NCBI RefSeq assembly: GCF_006345805.1
Contig: NC_043006.1
Span: 77,748,001-77,812,000, forward strand
DNA length: 64,000 nt
DNA from: Octopus sinensis
Taxonomy: Eukaryota
Direction: 5' to 3'
In this document: one piece after another, positions 1 to 12,610 of the stretch
Position numbering within the stretch: position 1 is the stretch's first letter
Layout: each line of letters opens with the position of its first letter
Position numbers and translations under genes: made by a program
The notes under the pieces: model-generated
Told to the model about the DNA's origin: nothing
The model's input: the letters and a program-made list of their open reading frames with translations, nothing else
Databases searched by the model: none

Positions 1-50
1 TGTGTGTGTGTTATTTACGTTAGCAAAAACAAACGTTATTTTGTTTATAG

Positions 51-81
51 CCATTTCATGCTTTTGGGATATTTTAATGCA
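51..81 (+). other. Candidate 31-bp micro-exon of an unidentified host gene
   Basis: Acceptor-like gttattttgtttatAG (49-50) and donor GTAAGT (82-87). Open in two frames (HFMLLGYFNA or AISCFWDILM). No homology recognised. Confidence 0.25.
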
Positions 82-688
82 GTAAGTTTTTGCTTTCGCT
101 TTCGCTTTTCTATTTGAATATTGTAACTGCATATTTGTTCATATAATATTGTACAGTAAATGTAGGTGTAACTATATCAAAAGTGATCTATTCGAGCTTG
201 TGTTTGAGGCAGACCATGAAAGCTTGTAAAACCTTTAATGTACTTTCATCGTAATATATAGTATAAAAAGCAAGAGAATTGAGTTCAAATGTGAGGCAGC
301 GTTGTAGAAGAATCGGCTAGTGTTTAATATGAAGCACCGATAATAACAGCAGAAAGATAAATAGAGAGACGTAATATAGCAATGTAGTAAGAAGTAGTTT
401 AGAGATAATGCAAGCTAAAGCTGACGTCTAATTTAAGTAGATTATAATATCGACCGAGATAAAGCTCGAGAAGTGTCACCTTCCAGCAACAGCAAATGAT
501 AAAACAGAGGATAAGATCGACAAATGTATAATCCTTACTATGTATACGTCATACAAATGCATAGATGTATTTTTGAAGTATTATATACGAAGATATTATG
601 TTCATGTGACAGGTTTAATTTCCTATGTTTATATTTGTGCGCGCTTCGTTGAGTGGGATTACGTGTGTTTGTGTCTCTGTGTGTACAT

Positions 689-836
<148 letters not shown>

Positions 837-1063
837 TAACATCTAAACAGGAAGAAGAGAGAAAGAAATACATACAGAGAGAGGAGGAGGAGGAAGAGAG
901 AGAATGAATGGCAGAGGGTTAAAAGTGTTCTGTTGCAATGTTTAAAGTGTTCAGTTTGCAAGCAATTCCGGTGGTCCCAGCTATTGCGAAAGTATATAAG
1001 TAAATGCTGCCCGCTCTTTCCTCTTCCTACAAGAAATACAAGAAATTGATTTCTAATGTTTCC

Positions 1064-1109
1064 ACACACACACATATATATATACATACATACGTATATA
1101 TATATATAT

Positions 1110-1165
<56 letters not shown>

Positions 1166-1307
1166 TGTGTGTGTATGTGTGTGTGTGTGTATAACCTTCC
1201 CCAAAAAGGTTAGTAATATCCTCATTTTCAAAACATGTTTAGATTTTTTTTTCGAAAAATCCCCTTTACACTTCAAAAACTGTATTAAGTTATCCTCCTA
1301 GTCTTCG

Positions 1308-1399
<92 letters not shown>
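1064..1399. repeat. Compound (CA)/(TA)/(TG) and (TA)n microsatellites
   Basis: Arrays at about 1064-1190 and 1311-1399. Confidence 0.9.
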
Positions 1400-1400
<1 letters not shown>

Positions 1401-1961
1401 CGTTTTGCAAGATTCTTGATGTGAAATCGTGTGCTGAATCAGATATTGTTGTATTTAGGGGGGAGTCATTTTACCAGTTTAGCCAATAAAACACACGAAC
1501 TATATATTTGGAGTTAATTTGCTGCAGCTTTATTCTATTTTTTACATTAATGTTAGGTATTTCGGCCAGAGTTCTTTCGTCACACTTCTATGACGTCATG
1601 AGTGGTTCTTTGCATTCTCTTTTCTTATTTGTGTGTCTTTCCTTACTACCGTTCAGCCATTTATATATATATATATATATACATACACAGAAGGACGATG
1701 GATAAATCGTCGCCATTTCATAGATTCAATTTTGCGCATGTGCATTGTTTGTATTGTTTTGTCGACTACACAGTATAGTAGGACCTGTTTGGCACCGTCT
1801 GAGAGAAAAAAAAACAGCAATTTGACGCAATGAACTCTGCCGTTTCGAAAAGACATGATGTACTGATTGGCCTCGACGCCGGAAGCTCCAATACGAACAG
1901 ATGGTGAACACAGAAAAACCGTTGGCTTGTCGTCTCCCCAAGACTTTTACTGAGAGGGATA

Positions 1962-2366
1962 AAAACCAAACATGCAGTCAACATCCTGGAATTTAGAGTG
2001 ATCAATGGCGATAGTGACGTTTTGCCTCCATTCATCATCTCACACGGCCTCAGCTTCAACAGGGAGGCCTTCATCATGTGCCTGCAGGAGGTAGTGCTAC
2101 CCTGGATCAAGAGGGTGGCTGCTGGAATACCCAATGGCTGGCAATAAGATCCTGTGCCATGCCACACAAGCAGGAGAACCGAGTCATGGCTGTCAGAGAA
2201 TTTCTGATACCGCATCATTCTTAACATCTGACCACCAAAGGCGCCAGACTTCAAGTCCCTTCATTATTACGTGTGGGGTGCGGTTGAGCAAGAGACCAAC
2301 AAAACTCCTTGCAACACCAAAGATCAATTTAAGGCATGGATTATCGCAGCATTCACCAAATTAACC
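1962..2366 (+). mobile_element. Decayed Tc1/mariner transposase fragment, maT/DD37D-like
   Basis: One frame reads KTKHAVNILEFRVINGDSDVLPPFIISHGLSFNREAFIMCLQEVVLPWIKRVAAG..WQ*DPVPCHTSRRTESWLSENF*YRIILNI*PPKAPDFKSLHYYVWGAVEQETNK. This matches the QQDxAPxH...WPPxSPDxNPLDY catalytic region with 37-residue spacing, with in-frame stops. Confidence 0.85.
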
Positions 2367-2384
2367 AGTAGACCACTGTGTGTA

Positions 2385-2429
<45 letters not shown>

Positions 2430-2452
2430 TGTGTGTATGTGTAAAATTTATA

Positions 2453-2483
<31 letters not shown>

Positions 2484-2487
<4 letters not shown>

Positions 2488-2670
2488 TTTTATTCCTTTA
2501 TTCGTTTCAGGCAATTGACTGCGGTCATGCATGGACCTACGACTTATTCTTTGTAACCCAACTACTTATTCTATCGCTCTTTTTTTCCGAACCGCTAAAT
2601 TACGGGAACAAAGACGCACCAATATCGGTTGTCAAGTGATGATGGGGTACACACACAGACACATAAGCAG
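2484..2670 (-). mobile_element. SINE family A, 3' half
   Basis: Reverse complement of CTTGACAACCGAT...CGTAA(T)TTAGCGGTTCGG...GATAGAATAAGTA...CATGACCGCAGTCAA..TGAAAC, shared with the 60171 and 62480 copies. Confidence 0.8.
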
Positions 2671-5360
2671 AAACACACACACACACACACATATGTGTGT
2701 GTGTGTGTGCGTGTGTGTGTATGTATGTGTATATGTATGTATGTATTATGTATGTATGTGTGTTTGTTTGTAATCATGTATGTACTCATGTATGTATATA
2801 TGTATACACGTACATACTTCGAATGCCAATATGCTGCTGCTTAGTAAATTATAGTATTACATGTGCTCTTGTTAGAAGTATAGCATTTTATATAACCATC
2901 AATGCGTGTCTTCTGGGTAATTCTTTCAATTTGAACCAATCTATTCGAAAAGAAATCTCTCAATATTCTACAAATATTAGCGCTGTGTTCATGTGTTTAT
3001 TTGATAAAGTTTATATATGAAATCAGATATTCGATAATTATTAATTAAAACTCAAAGTATTAGAACATTCTGACTTCATTGCTAGTGCACCGAAGTCTGA
3101 TATAATGTATATGATTTATTAGAAAATATATAAATCACTGAACGATACAAGTTCCTGATGTTCAGATACCAAGTGCATTCAATAAAAGGAAAAAGGCAAT
3201 GTAACACAACGAAGGTTCTGTATTAGTTTTGTCTATAACGATGAGCAGGGTGGTTAACTTATGTATCTAGTAGGTTCATTTTTCTCTAATACTTTTATGT
3301 GTTATAATTAGAAACATAATGTCAATAGTGTCATCGTGGTTCTTGCAACAATTTACAATTTTAATAGATACCATGTTATCTATACTTACATAATGACGGA
3401 TACTATAAAGCACGAAGTAATAGTGAATTGTGAAAACATGCGCAAAATCTGATTATATTGGATATTGGATTATATTAGGTTTTAATGATAGATGTGCTTG
3501 TGTGTTTATGTTAGACAATCTTAACAGCCCCCAAAACATAGATGGCAAATCTGAAATTGTTTTTTATTATACAGTTCGTGTTCTGAAGTTACTCTCCCAG
3601 ATTATCCGGAAGATTTTCAATGAATATTGTCAAGAAGCGTTGCTGTTACTACATTATTCTACGAGCGTAGAGTGTACTACTCCTTCTCCAAATGAGTGAT
3701 TCTTTTTTTTTTTTTTTGCTCTATCATCTTAATTAAGTTGCCCATTTGTTAATTATGTTGCTGGTGGTACTTTTAAGTATTCATGAGTACTTTTTGAGAA
3801 TATGCTATTCACTAAATATTTTCTCCATCATTGTGAGGCTTATCAGCAAGATAAGAGTGAAGCTATGGCGTGTTGCTACTGCAATGGAAATTAACACAAC
3901 TTGTCTGCTTTTATTTCTACTATCATTGATGAATGGAAAAATTTTGTTTCAACGTCTCTTTAAAAAATCGGGAATATTTCTCAAATTTATAAAGCCACCC
4001 GTCTTGCTGAGGAGAAAATGAGAGAAATAAATTGTTGCCTTTTGTATATTATTTTGCCAATGTATTATTACGTATTGTGTAGTGCATCCTGGAATAACAT
4101 GAAAAGGTCTTGCAGACAAATAACGGCGACTTCTGAAGACTTAGAGTAAAATTGATCCGAAGTTATTCCACGTTTATCAAATTTCAGAAAAACAAATAAA
4201 ATACATTCTGGTTGTATAATGTAGGATTATAAGAAGTCGTGGATTTACCAACTGATAGGAGACAGTTTAATAGATTTTGATCTTTACTAAAGTCGATTTG
4301 AAAAACTATGTTAATTGTTAAGAGATGGTAAGGAGGAACATTAAAAATTTAAAGCTTCTTTTCAGTCATCTAAACCAAATTAAATTTGCTGCTTGACTTT
4401 CTAGTAAGTTACATGTTTCAGTATGAAACTTTTGTTGTTGAAAAATGTTGCAAAAGTTTAACCATATAGAATTATAACGATACGGCAAATATTTGTGTTG
4501 TACAAATCAGATATCAAATGAACTGTTCAAGATATATAAGTTACATTCATTAACAAACCACATCATACGTCAGCGAAAGGTTACTTAATGTATAATTCAA
4601 GACGTATTTCATTGAACGGAATTAGAAATGTCACACGTACTACAGTTCGTGAATATGACTCCATTTATATCATATTAAACTATCATTTTGTAGTAATTAT
4701 ATATTCAGTTACATTACATTATAAGTAAAATAATTTACTACAAAAAAGAAGTTTACGCACACAGTTTCAATATAAATATTGCCCTAAGTTTAATACATTT
4801 AGCTGGTTCTTAAAAAGTAACTTTGTTACATTTGATATGAAACACATACTTCATGTATTTTAATGAAGCGTGAATGTAACTCCATGAGACAACCATCTGG
4901 AAGAAACAAATGAAACAATATCTGGAACTGAAGCTCAAAATCAAGTCAAATTTGACCATATCGGTTCAAGAGACGTATAGTGCGTCCGAGTGTAAGTAAG
5001 AGTGTATGTACAAGACAGTAATAATTGAGAAATTACTTTTAAACCCTTAAGAATCTTGGAGGAAATGCATTGGTTTTGGTTTCCGTTTTTCATTCTCATT
5101 TTCTCTTTAGGACTAAAGTACTCTCTCGTGTGTAATTATACACACGCATACATACACAGATCATTGTGATCTACAAACAATTGTAATTCACAATGATCTA
5201 GGATTGTACGTGCAGAATAATGTTGATTTATATTCAAGTAAAATGTTCGTAAGTTTAGTAAAGAGGCATGTTAGCGAAAACATGAAAATGAAGATCTATT
5301 TTTATGGATGGAATGTATTTTATTCGTAAGGAGTAATGTGAAAATTCACGACAAAGATGT

Positions 5361-5600
5361 AGGAGTGGCCGTGTGGTAAGAAGCTTGCTTCCCAAGCACA
5401 TGTTCCGGGTTTAGTCCCACTGCGTGGCACCTTGGACAAATGTTTTATATTATAGCCTCGGGCCCGCCGAAGACTTCTGATTGGATTTGGTAGACGGAAA
5501 CTGAAAGAAGCCCGTCGTACATGTATATGTTTCTGTGAGTGTATTTATGAGTTTGTGATTGTCCTCGTGCCATCGCTTGACATCTGAAGGTGGTGTACAC
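5361..5600 (+). mobile_element. tRNA-derived SINE family A, 5' portion
   Basis: GGAGTGGCCGTGTGG (A-box-like), GGTTTAGTCCC (B-box-like), GGCACCTTGGACAA (CORE-like motif), GGATTTGGTAGACGGAAACTGAAAGAAGCCCGTCG. Confidence 0.85.
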
Positions 5601-6599
5601 AAGGCAACCAAATGATGATACATCGAAGACGTATTTAATAAATTTTGTTAGTTATCCAAGTTGTAACTGCATTTTAATTAGTGACGCTTTTATTTTTCAT
5701 TGAGGGACATATTTCTTTGAGAATCTAGTTAACTACTTTTATTTTAGATAATTATTAATTGATACTATAGGGTTATTTTATGGGCTGTACACTTCTGGTA
5801 GTAGACACTACCATCTTATATCCAATATTATTGATGTTGAAAGCATCGTCTTTTTCTTTGGCCAAACATGAAACCTTGTTATGAGAGTCATTTCCCAGAT
5901 ATCATCACTGTTCAGACATAGATTTCCCTCATCCTAGTGGTATGCCGCCTGAAGTCGAGTGCTTTACAGATTGTCGGTGTTGAAACGAGAAGACAGAAAT
6001 TCGTGATATCAATATGAATCTAAGTAAATATTCATAATGTATGCTTTCAATACATGGAGCTACTTGATAATGGCGACGCTGCAGTTAACTTTAATTGATC
6101 AATAAGCCTGTCTGATATCCAAATTGAGATGATAATTACTCATTACGCATATCTCACTTCTAGTGTGCCAAAGAAGCATTTAGGAATGGAAATTGATTTT
6201 GTAATTTTGAATATTGATATAGATGGAGAGACGAGTAGCAGTGATCCACGTAATCCTCTATATTTAATAAAGTGGCTATACGTTCCTCTGAAAAAGGTTT
6301 ATGCTCTTATCTCTTGCAATTATCACTTGTGTTACTTTCTCTAGTATGATTTGGTGATTTTTTTTTATATAGGAGCTTGTACGTTGTGCTTCTTATTTGT
6401 GACACACTTCTGTTTAATTAGAAAGAATGTGCACGTTAAGAATCCTTTGGAAAGTGTTGTAACATTTAAAAAAAAAAGATTACGGTAAGTTTGGTGTCGT
6501 GCTGAGATCTCTCCTTAAAATCAAATTAAGTTTACTCCAAAGATATTAGGATTTATCTCAATGCGTGTTTTCGAGATGTGACGCCATCATTTATTTGTG

Positions 6600-6775
6600 A
6601 GTGTACTGATAATAAATTTCTCAAGGAAGAAAAATCTTCCAGTGCATCCACATAATCATGTCTCCTGCCTTATCAATGATGCATGCCTCGTCAAGCTTCC
6701 GTGAGAAGTGATTATGTGGATGCACTGGAACATTATTCTTCCTTGACAAACTTATTATCGGCGCACAGAAAAAAT
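6600..6775. mobile_element. MITE-like hairpin element
   Basis: Perfect 22-bp inverted repeat TTCCAGTGCATCCACATAATCA (6637-6658 / 6709-6730), extending imperfectly to about 65-bp arms around a 50-bp core. Confidence 0.7.
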
Positions 6776-6937
6776 GGTGCCTTTACATATCGAATTACTG
6801 TTTCTTACCGTTTCCGGTCCTATATATTGAGCAAATATTACGAGTTAAAGATGGAGATGTAACCTGTTTTATATTCACCGAAAAATATCAAAAATGAACA
6901 GTAATAAATATGTGTGTGCAAAAGATAGAAACCGCCT

Positions 6938-7097
6938 TTAATCGAACAAATCGACCCCAGGACTTATTCTTTGGAAGCCTAGTACTTATTCTATCGATCT
7001 CTTTTGCCGAACCGCTAAGTTACGGGGACTTAAACACACCAGCATCGGTTGTCAAGCGATGTGGGGGCGGGGCAAACATAGACACAGAAACATATAC

Positions 7098-7172
<75 letters not shown>

Positions 7173-7336
7173 CGACGGGCTTCTTTCAGTTTCCGTCTAC
7201 CAAATTCACTCACAAGACTTTGGTCGGCTCGAGGCTTTGGAGAAGACACTTGCCCAAGGTGCCACACAGTGGGAATGAACCCGGAACCATGTGGTTGGTG
7301 AGAAGCTACTCACCACACACCCACTCCTGCGCCTAT
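6938..7336 (-). mobile_element. SINE family A with internal (TA)n
   Basis: Head at 7336 end, CACCTTGGGCAAG motif, internal TA tract 7108-7171, 3' half to about 6938. Confidence 0.85.
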
Positions 7337-8129
7337 TTTTGTCTGAGTGTTTTGTGATGAATGCCGTCGAATTGCTGCTTAAAATGTGTGGTTTATAGGT
7401 ATTTACATATATAATTCAATTCTTCCTAGTATACATCATAGCTGTATGTCTTCATTACTTTCTTGTTATGTATGTTTACATTTGATGGCAAACTATTTTA
7501 TTTAATATTATTTCGTTGCAGTACTTTCGTATTGCTGACATTTATAAATAATAAATTAATCATCGTTTTGTTAGGAAACAATACGTGAAGTGGGTATGAA
7601 TTAATATTGCCTCTCTTTCCTTCTGGCGAAAATACCCTCTGGTTGTTTGATGAGTCAATAATTGTGTAAATTCCCTGTTCCATTTACTCTAGATTCCGTT
7701 GAGACAATCCTCCGATCATTTGTACGTACATAAGTGCGTGCACACAAATACACACTCTCTCTCATACGCACACACTCATACACACACATACACATATGAA
7801 TGTATATGTATATGTATAGCTACATTGATATAAAACGGAAAGACAAGTGTATATGTAAGTACGCGCAGATATACAGATGCATACGTACATGATGTATGTC
7901 TCACCACTAGTGACCGAGGAGGACTGTCACTGAATGAACATTGGGGACTCAGGCCAAGTGTTATACCTCACACTTGTGGCTCACCTGTTAAATAGGGAGC
8001 CCAAATCTTGATAGACATAAACGCTCGTAGACTCTGAAGGCCAAAATTCCCTCATTTGCTTCGATTTCGAGTAACTAGCTGAAGTTCAGCCTAAAACAAA
8101 TGCGTGAATCTTCGAAAATACACACTCCT

Positions 8130-8440
8130 TCCTATATTTGATCTCTCCATTGGTGGAGATGACAGGCATTGCTTTCATAATTGACGTTTCGTATCTCACA
8201 TGCTTTCAGGACCTTAGCACGTTTTTGGTATAGGGTCTTCGTTGAAGGCATGTTGATTAGAGAATGATATTCTGATACAGAACCGGATATGTAAGGAACA
8301 GTCTTGAGAATTTTGGGAATGTTTTCCTTGCACTTGAAACCATGGTGCTCCAGCTTTCTTGAGCCTTCGACACGTTTTGGCTTCGGCTTGAGACTGCGAC
8401 TCATATTTTGCCTGGGCTTCACTTTGAAACATGTCAATAT
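8130..8440 (-). mobile_element. Possible decayed N-terminal fragment of a Penelope-like ORF
   Basis: KLEHHGFKCKENIPKILKTVPYISG loosely resembles the HxxFxxxCKxxxIIPKxL N-terminal region of PLE proteins. No catalytic motif. Confidence 0.3.
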
Positions 8441-8555
8441 AGATAAGGAGGGCCTTTTAGATTTATACCAATCTTATTGGAACTAAAATTCCCCACAAAC
8501 ATTACTGACTTTCTTGCATGAGTGTTGCTGCTTAATTTTAACTTAACATTCACTC

Positions 8556-8624
8556 ATACATACATACATGCATACATACATACATACATACATACATACA
8601 TACATACATACATACATACATACA

Positions 8625-8655
<31 letters not shown>
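8556..8655 (+). repeat. (CATA)n microsatellite
   Basis: Seen directly; a second array lies at about 9218-9292. Confidence 0.95.
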
Positions 8656-8657
<2 letters not shown>

Positions 8658-8658
<1 letters not shown>

Positions 8659-8858
8659 CAGCCTCTCTGGGATGTTGTTTATACTTTCTGTAAATCCCTT
8701 GTCAGTCATATTAAGGAAAGGAAACGAAAATACCAATATTACACACTGTTTCTTTGGGGATGACTTAAATATTTATGCAAAGAATATACATGAGATAAAA
8801 AAGAGCCTTGACCCAGTTACAACATTCTCAAAGGATGTAGGATTAGAGTTTAGTCTGC
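8658..8858 (+). mobile_element. R4-like (RLE clade) reverse-transcriptase fragment
   Basis: SLSGMLFILSVNPLSVILRK...ITHCFFGDDLNIYAKN...FSKDVGLEFSL aligns by eye with the SLSPLLF..PLS / HLFYMDDLKLYAK / FSDDIGMEFGL motifs of the R4/Dong elements in this window. Confidence 0.75.
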
Positions 8859-8884
8859 ACTTACATACACACATACATACATAC

Positions 8885-9205
8885 ACTGTTGTTGATGTTT
8901 AAATTCCAATGAAGGAGCCTTGAATCTAGGTGAGAAACAGGTTCTTTCTCTATTGGCAAGACATCTTGAAATGAACTGAATAATGACATACATGCTTACA
9001 TACATAAATAGGCACATACAACAACTAATTCATACGTTACAAAAACAGTCTGTAAGTGGAACAGTAAAACTATGTAAGGCGTATTCTGAGGCTTCAAATG
9101 TGGCATTGTTTTCGTTATCTACATTCCAAAGATGGAGTTTTGTATCTTTGTTAGAAACCAGCTCCTGCTCCAGTGAAAGAATTTAAATGATTAAAAACAG
9201 AACAG
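8885..9205 (+). mobile_element. Two related retroelement-like 3' ends, each followed by (ACAT)n
   Basis: 8885-8988 and 9090-9205 share TCCAA(T/A)GA(A/T)GGAG..TTG.ATCT..GT(G/T)AGAAAC..G.T.C, and each runs into CATA repeats. Confidence 0.5.
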
Positions 9206-9509
9206 ACATACCCACATATACATACATACATACATACATACATACATACATACATACATACATACATACATACATACATACATACATACATGCATATAGT
9301 GTTATGCCTCATATTTGTGTAAAACATCTCTCCTTGTTCTTTGTAACGTGTCCATGGTAAAATACAGATAAACAGTTGAAATAAATTTAACATTGTATAT
9401 ACAATATCGTCGTTTATTTTTTTTCATTCGCCATCCGTGCATACATGTTTCGAAAACCTTATAGCTCATCAGTATAGCTACGGACAAATTATTCTTATTG
9501 AAGTGCAAT

Positions 9510-9745
9510 AAGGCGGTGAGCTCGCAGGATCGTAAGCATGCCGGGGAAAATGCTTAGCGGTTTTTCGCCCATCTTCACGTCTTGAGTTCAAATTCCACTG
9601 AAGTCTACTGTTGGTGATGATATCGGTGAAGGAAGCGATGTAGTGAGCATTTCGGGGTCGAAAAAATAAGTACAAGTTGTGTACTGGGCTCGATGTAATC
9701 AACTATCTCCTCCCCGAAAATGTCAGGCCTTGTGTCTATAGCCAA
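9510..9745 (+). mobile_element. tRNA-derived SINE family B, diverged
   Basis: GGCGGTGAGCTCGCAGGATCG head, GAGTTCAAATTCC B-box, TTCGGGGTCGAAAAAATAAGTAC core. Confidence 0.75.
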
Positions 9746-9869
9746 AAGGATTATTGAAGTCGAGTATAAACAGAAAAATATTGTTGGGAAGTAGGCAAGG
9801 AAAACAATGTCACAGATTAAACCTGAGAAATATTTTGTGGAGTTTTACTGTTCAGCTTAGAGATTATAT

Positions 9870-10450
9870 TTGTAATGTGCAAATCAATTGGTTTGATTTC
9901 TTTTCTGAAAATCCAAAATTATCCACACTGACAATTAGTCATTTACTAACCAAACCAAGTGCTCCATTGATGTATGTTTCTACGTGACCACCGTTCGTCC
10001 AAGCTTGTTCTTTCTTACTTGGTCTGACCGTTGTCCGTCCAACATCGATATTCTTCTTTGTGTTTGTGAAATTATTGTATCTCTGCCGTAAGGCTTCATT
10101 TCCACACGTGCCAGCTTAATTCAATTCGTCCTTAGTCAAAAGACACCTGTTGTTATGTCCTGTTATCATTATTTTTATTGCATTTATATTTGTGTAATAT
10201 TGTCCGTTTTTCGCTGCTTTCTTGCAGAATTTGATGTTCTTAGCTTAGTTTTTCTTTTTGGCTGGCCAGATTGGAGCAATCTCAAGAATAAGCAACCGAA
10301 ATGCGAGGATAATCTGGTGCTTGACTGAGGAAAGAAAACTTCGAATTACTCGTCCTTGTTTTCTTTGTATCGTCTATCTGGATATTTTGTTGTCCCTTTT
10401 TGTATCATCTAGATGTCCGGGTGTTTTGCGTTCTTGTCCCATCTTGCATG
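9870..10450 (+). mobile_element. Probable Penelope-derived non-coding terminal fragment ending in (TA)n
   Basis: Pyrimidine-rich body, degenerate hammerhead-like CTGAGGA...CGAA at about 10324-10350, terminates at a TA tract like the other HHR-bearing elements. Confidence 0.35.
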
Positions 10451-10869
10451 TTTTATATATTTATATATATATATACATATATATATATTATATTAAGTTA
10501 GAGACAAAACCACTATTAGGCAAATCATACAATGAAAAACTTAAGCCAATACATAAGAGCTTTAAACCTCGCCAAGTTAACTACTTAAACCACCTGATGA
10601 ATGACTGCAACTCGAAAATTTAAAGAAATTAACAGCCATGAAACGATCGTAGTGTTATTTTAATAATATTTTTTTAATTATTTTGTCATATATTTAAATA
10701 ATATAAATTAAATAATCTTATGTATTGGCTTAATTTTTTCATTGTATGATTTGCCTAATAGTGGTTTTGTCTCTAATTTAATATAATATAATATTTTACT
10801 ATAAAATTGGATTCAATCCTAAATCTGATTTTTCTCTGTAAGTTTGGATTTATTCCCTAATATTTATTA

Positions 10870-10901
<32 letters not shown>

Positions 10902-11224
10902 TACATATATATGTATATATGTATGTATGTATATATGAATAGACAGCTAGAGATTTGAAGAAGTGACTGAAAAACTGTGCGGTACTCTGCATACTTGTAG
11001 CTGATAGTTAATCGTTTTCATATAAATAACAATGTTTAGTAAACATTTTTGTGGCTGTTTACATGACAAAATGAATAATGACGACAGCAACGAATAAATG
11101 ACTAAGATAAAGGATAAACAAAACACTGTTAAACAACTGTTGTTATTGTTATTATCGTTGATGTTATTGTTGCTAATGTTGAGTTTCTAACTCTTGATTA
11201 CTTTTCTTGCTCTTTATTTTTGAT

Positions 11225-11515
<291 letters not shown>

Positions 11516-11986
11516 TAAGTTCATTTAATGTTCGGAGTGTTCTGATTGCTGCTGTTTATTTCCTGCTAAAAATGTGGCGTGATTTATATGTTGGTTACGT
11601 AATCCATTTCTTTCCTGTATATGTTATGTCTGAGTATTTTCTATTATTTCTTTCTGTTCGATGGTAAAACATTTTATTTGATATTATTGATATTATTGCA
11701 ATTTCGTTTCATAGTCTAGTATACATCCTGAATCAATGTGCGCTTTATTTTCACTTATATATGATAATACTGCGGGTTAGTACACTATTTAGCAAGACAG
11801 AGAAAATGCGTTTTAATATTTTGCCAGGACACAATGTGATCTGAATTCAAATACTGCTAGATTTAACATTGCTTTGTTATTCCTTTAGATTGGTTGCGTA
11901 CACACATTCGCACTCGCCCACACAGACTCACTTACATACACGCATCCTCACACAAAAGCACACACACACACACGCAAACACATAAA

Positions 11987-12610
11987 GGCGGCGAGCTGGC
12001 AGAAACGTTAACGCGTCGTGCGGAATGCTTAACGATATTTCGTCTGCCGCTGAGTTCTGAGTTCAAATTCCACCCAAGTCGACTTTGCCTTTCATATTTT
12101 CGGGTTCGATAAATTAAGTACCAGTCACATACTGGGGTCGATATAATCGACTTAATTCGCGTGTCTGTCCTTGCTTGTCCTCTCTGTGTTTGGCCCCTTG
12201 TGGGTAGTACAGAAATACGTATTTCGTCTGCCGCTACGTTCTGAGTTCAAATGCTGCCGAGGTCGATTTTGCATTTCATCCATTCGGGGTCGATTAAATA
12301 AGTACCAGTTACGCACTGGGGTTGATATACTCGACTTAATCCGTTTGTCTGTCCTTGTTTGTCCCCTCTGTGTGTAGCCCCTTGTGGGCAGTAAAGAAAT
12401 ATGAAAGGTTAGCACGCTTGGCTAAATAATTAGTGGTATTTCGTCTGCCGCTACGTTCCGAGTTCAAATTCCACCCAAGTCGACTTTGCCTTTCATCCCT
12501 TCGGGGTCGATAAATTATGTACCATTTATGCACTGGGGTCGTTGTAATCGACTTAATCCCTTTGTCTGTCCTTGTTTGGCCCCTCTATGTTTAGCCCGTT
12601 GTTGTCAATA
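11987..12610 (+). mobile_element. SINE family B, tandem trimer
   Basis: Three ~180-200 bp units each with TATTTCGTCTGCCGCT..GTTCTGAGTTCAAAT...GTCGA.TTTGC.TTTCAT...CGGG.TCGAT...ACTGGGGT...CGACTTAAT...CCCC. Only the first has the full GGCGGCGAGCTGGCAGAA head. Confidence 0.85.

Noticed and set aside
1400-1665. Hammerhead in the TA-bounded repeat at 1.4-1.7 kb
   Set aside because: Only a GAAA and a partial TGACGA on the - strand, with no convincing stems.
3577-3699. Candidate exon after the tttttattatacAG acceptor
   Set aside because: The donor is weak (GTGATT), there is no homology, and its phase does not fit neighbouring candidates.
9609-9647. 40-bp foreign insert in a SINE B copy containing GTGATGA (C-box-like)
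   Set aside because: No D box (CTGA) or terminal stem, so it is not supportable as a snoRNA.
11987-12610. CRISPR-like repeat-spacer array
   Set aside because: The units are ~190-bp SINE monomers without unique spacers, and the context is eukaryotic.
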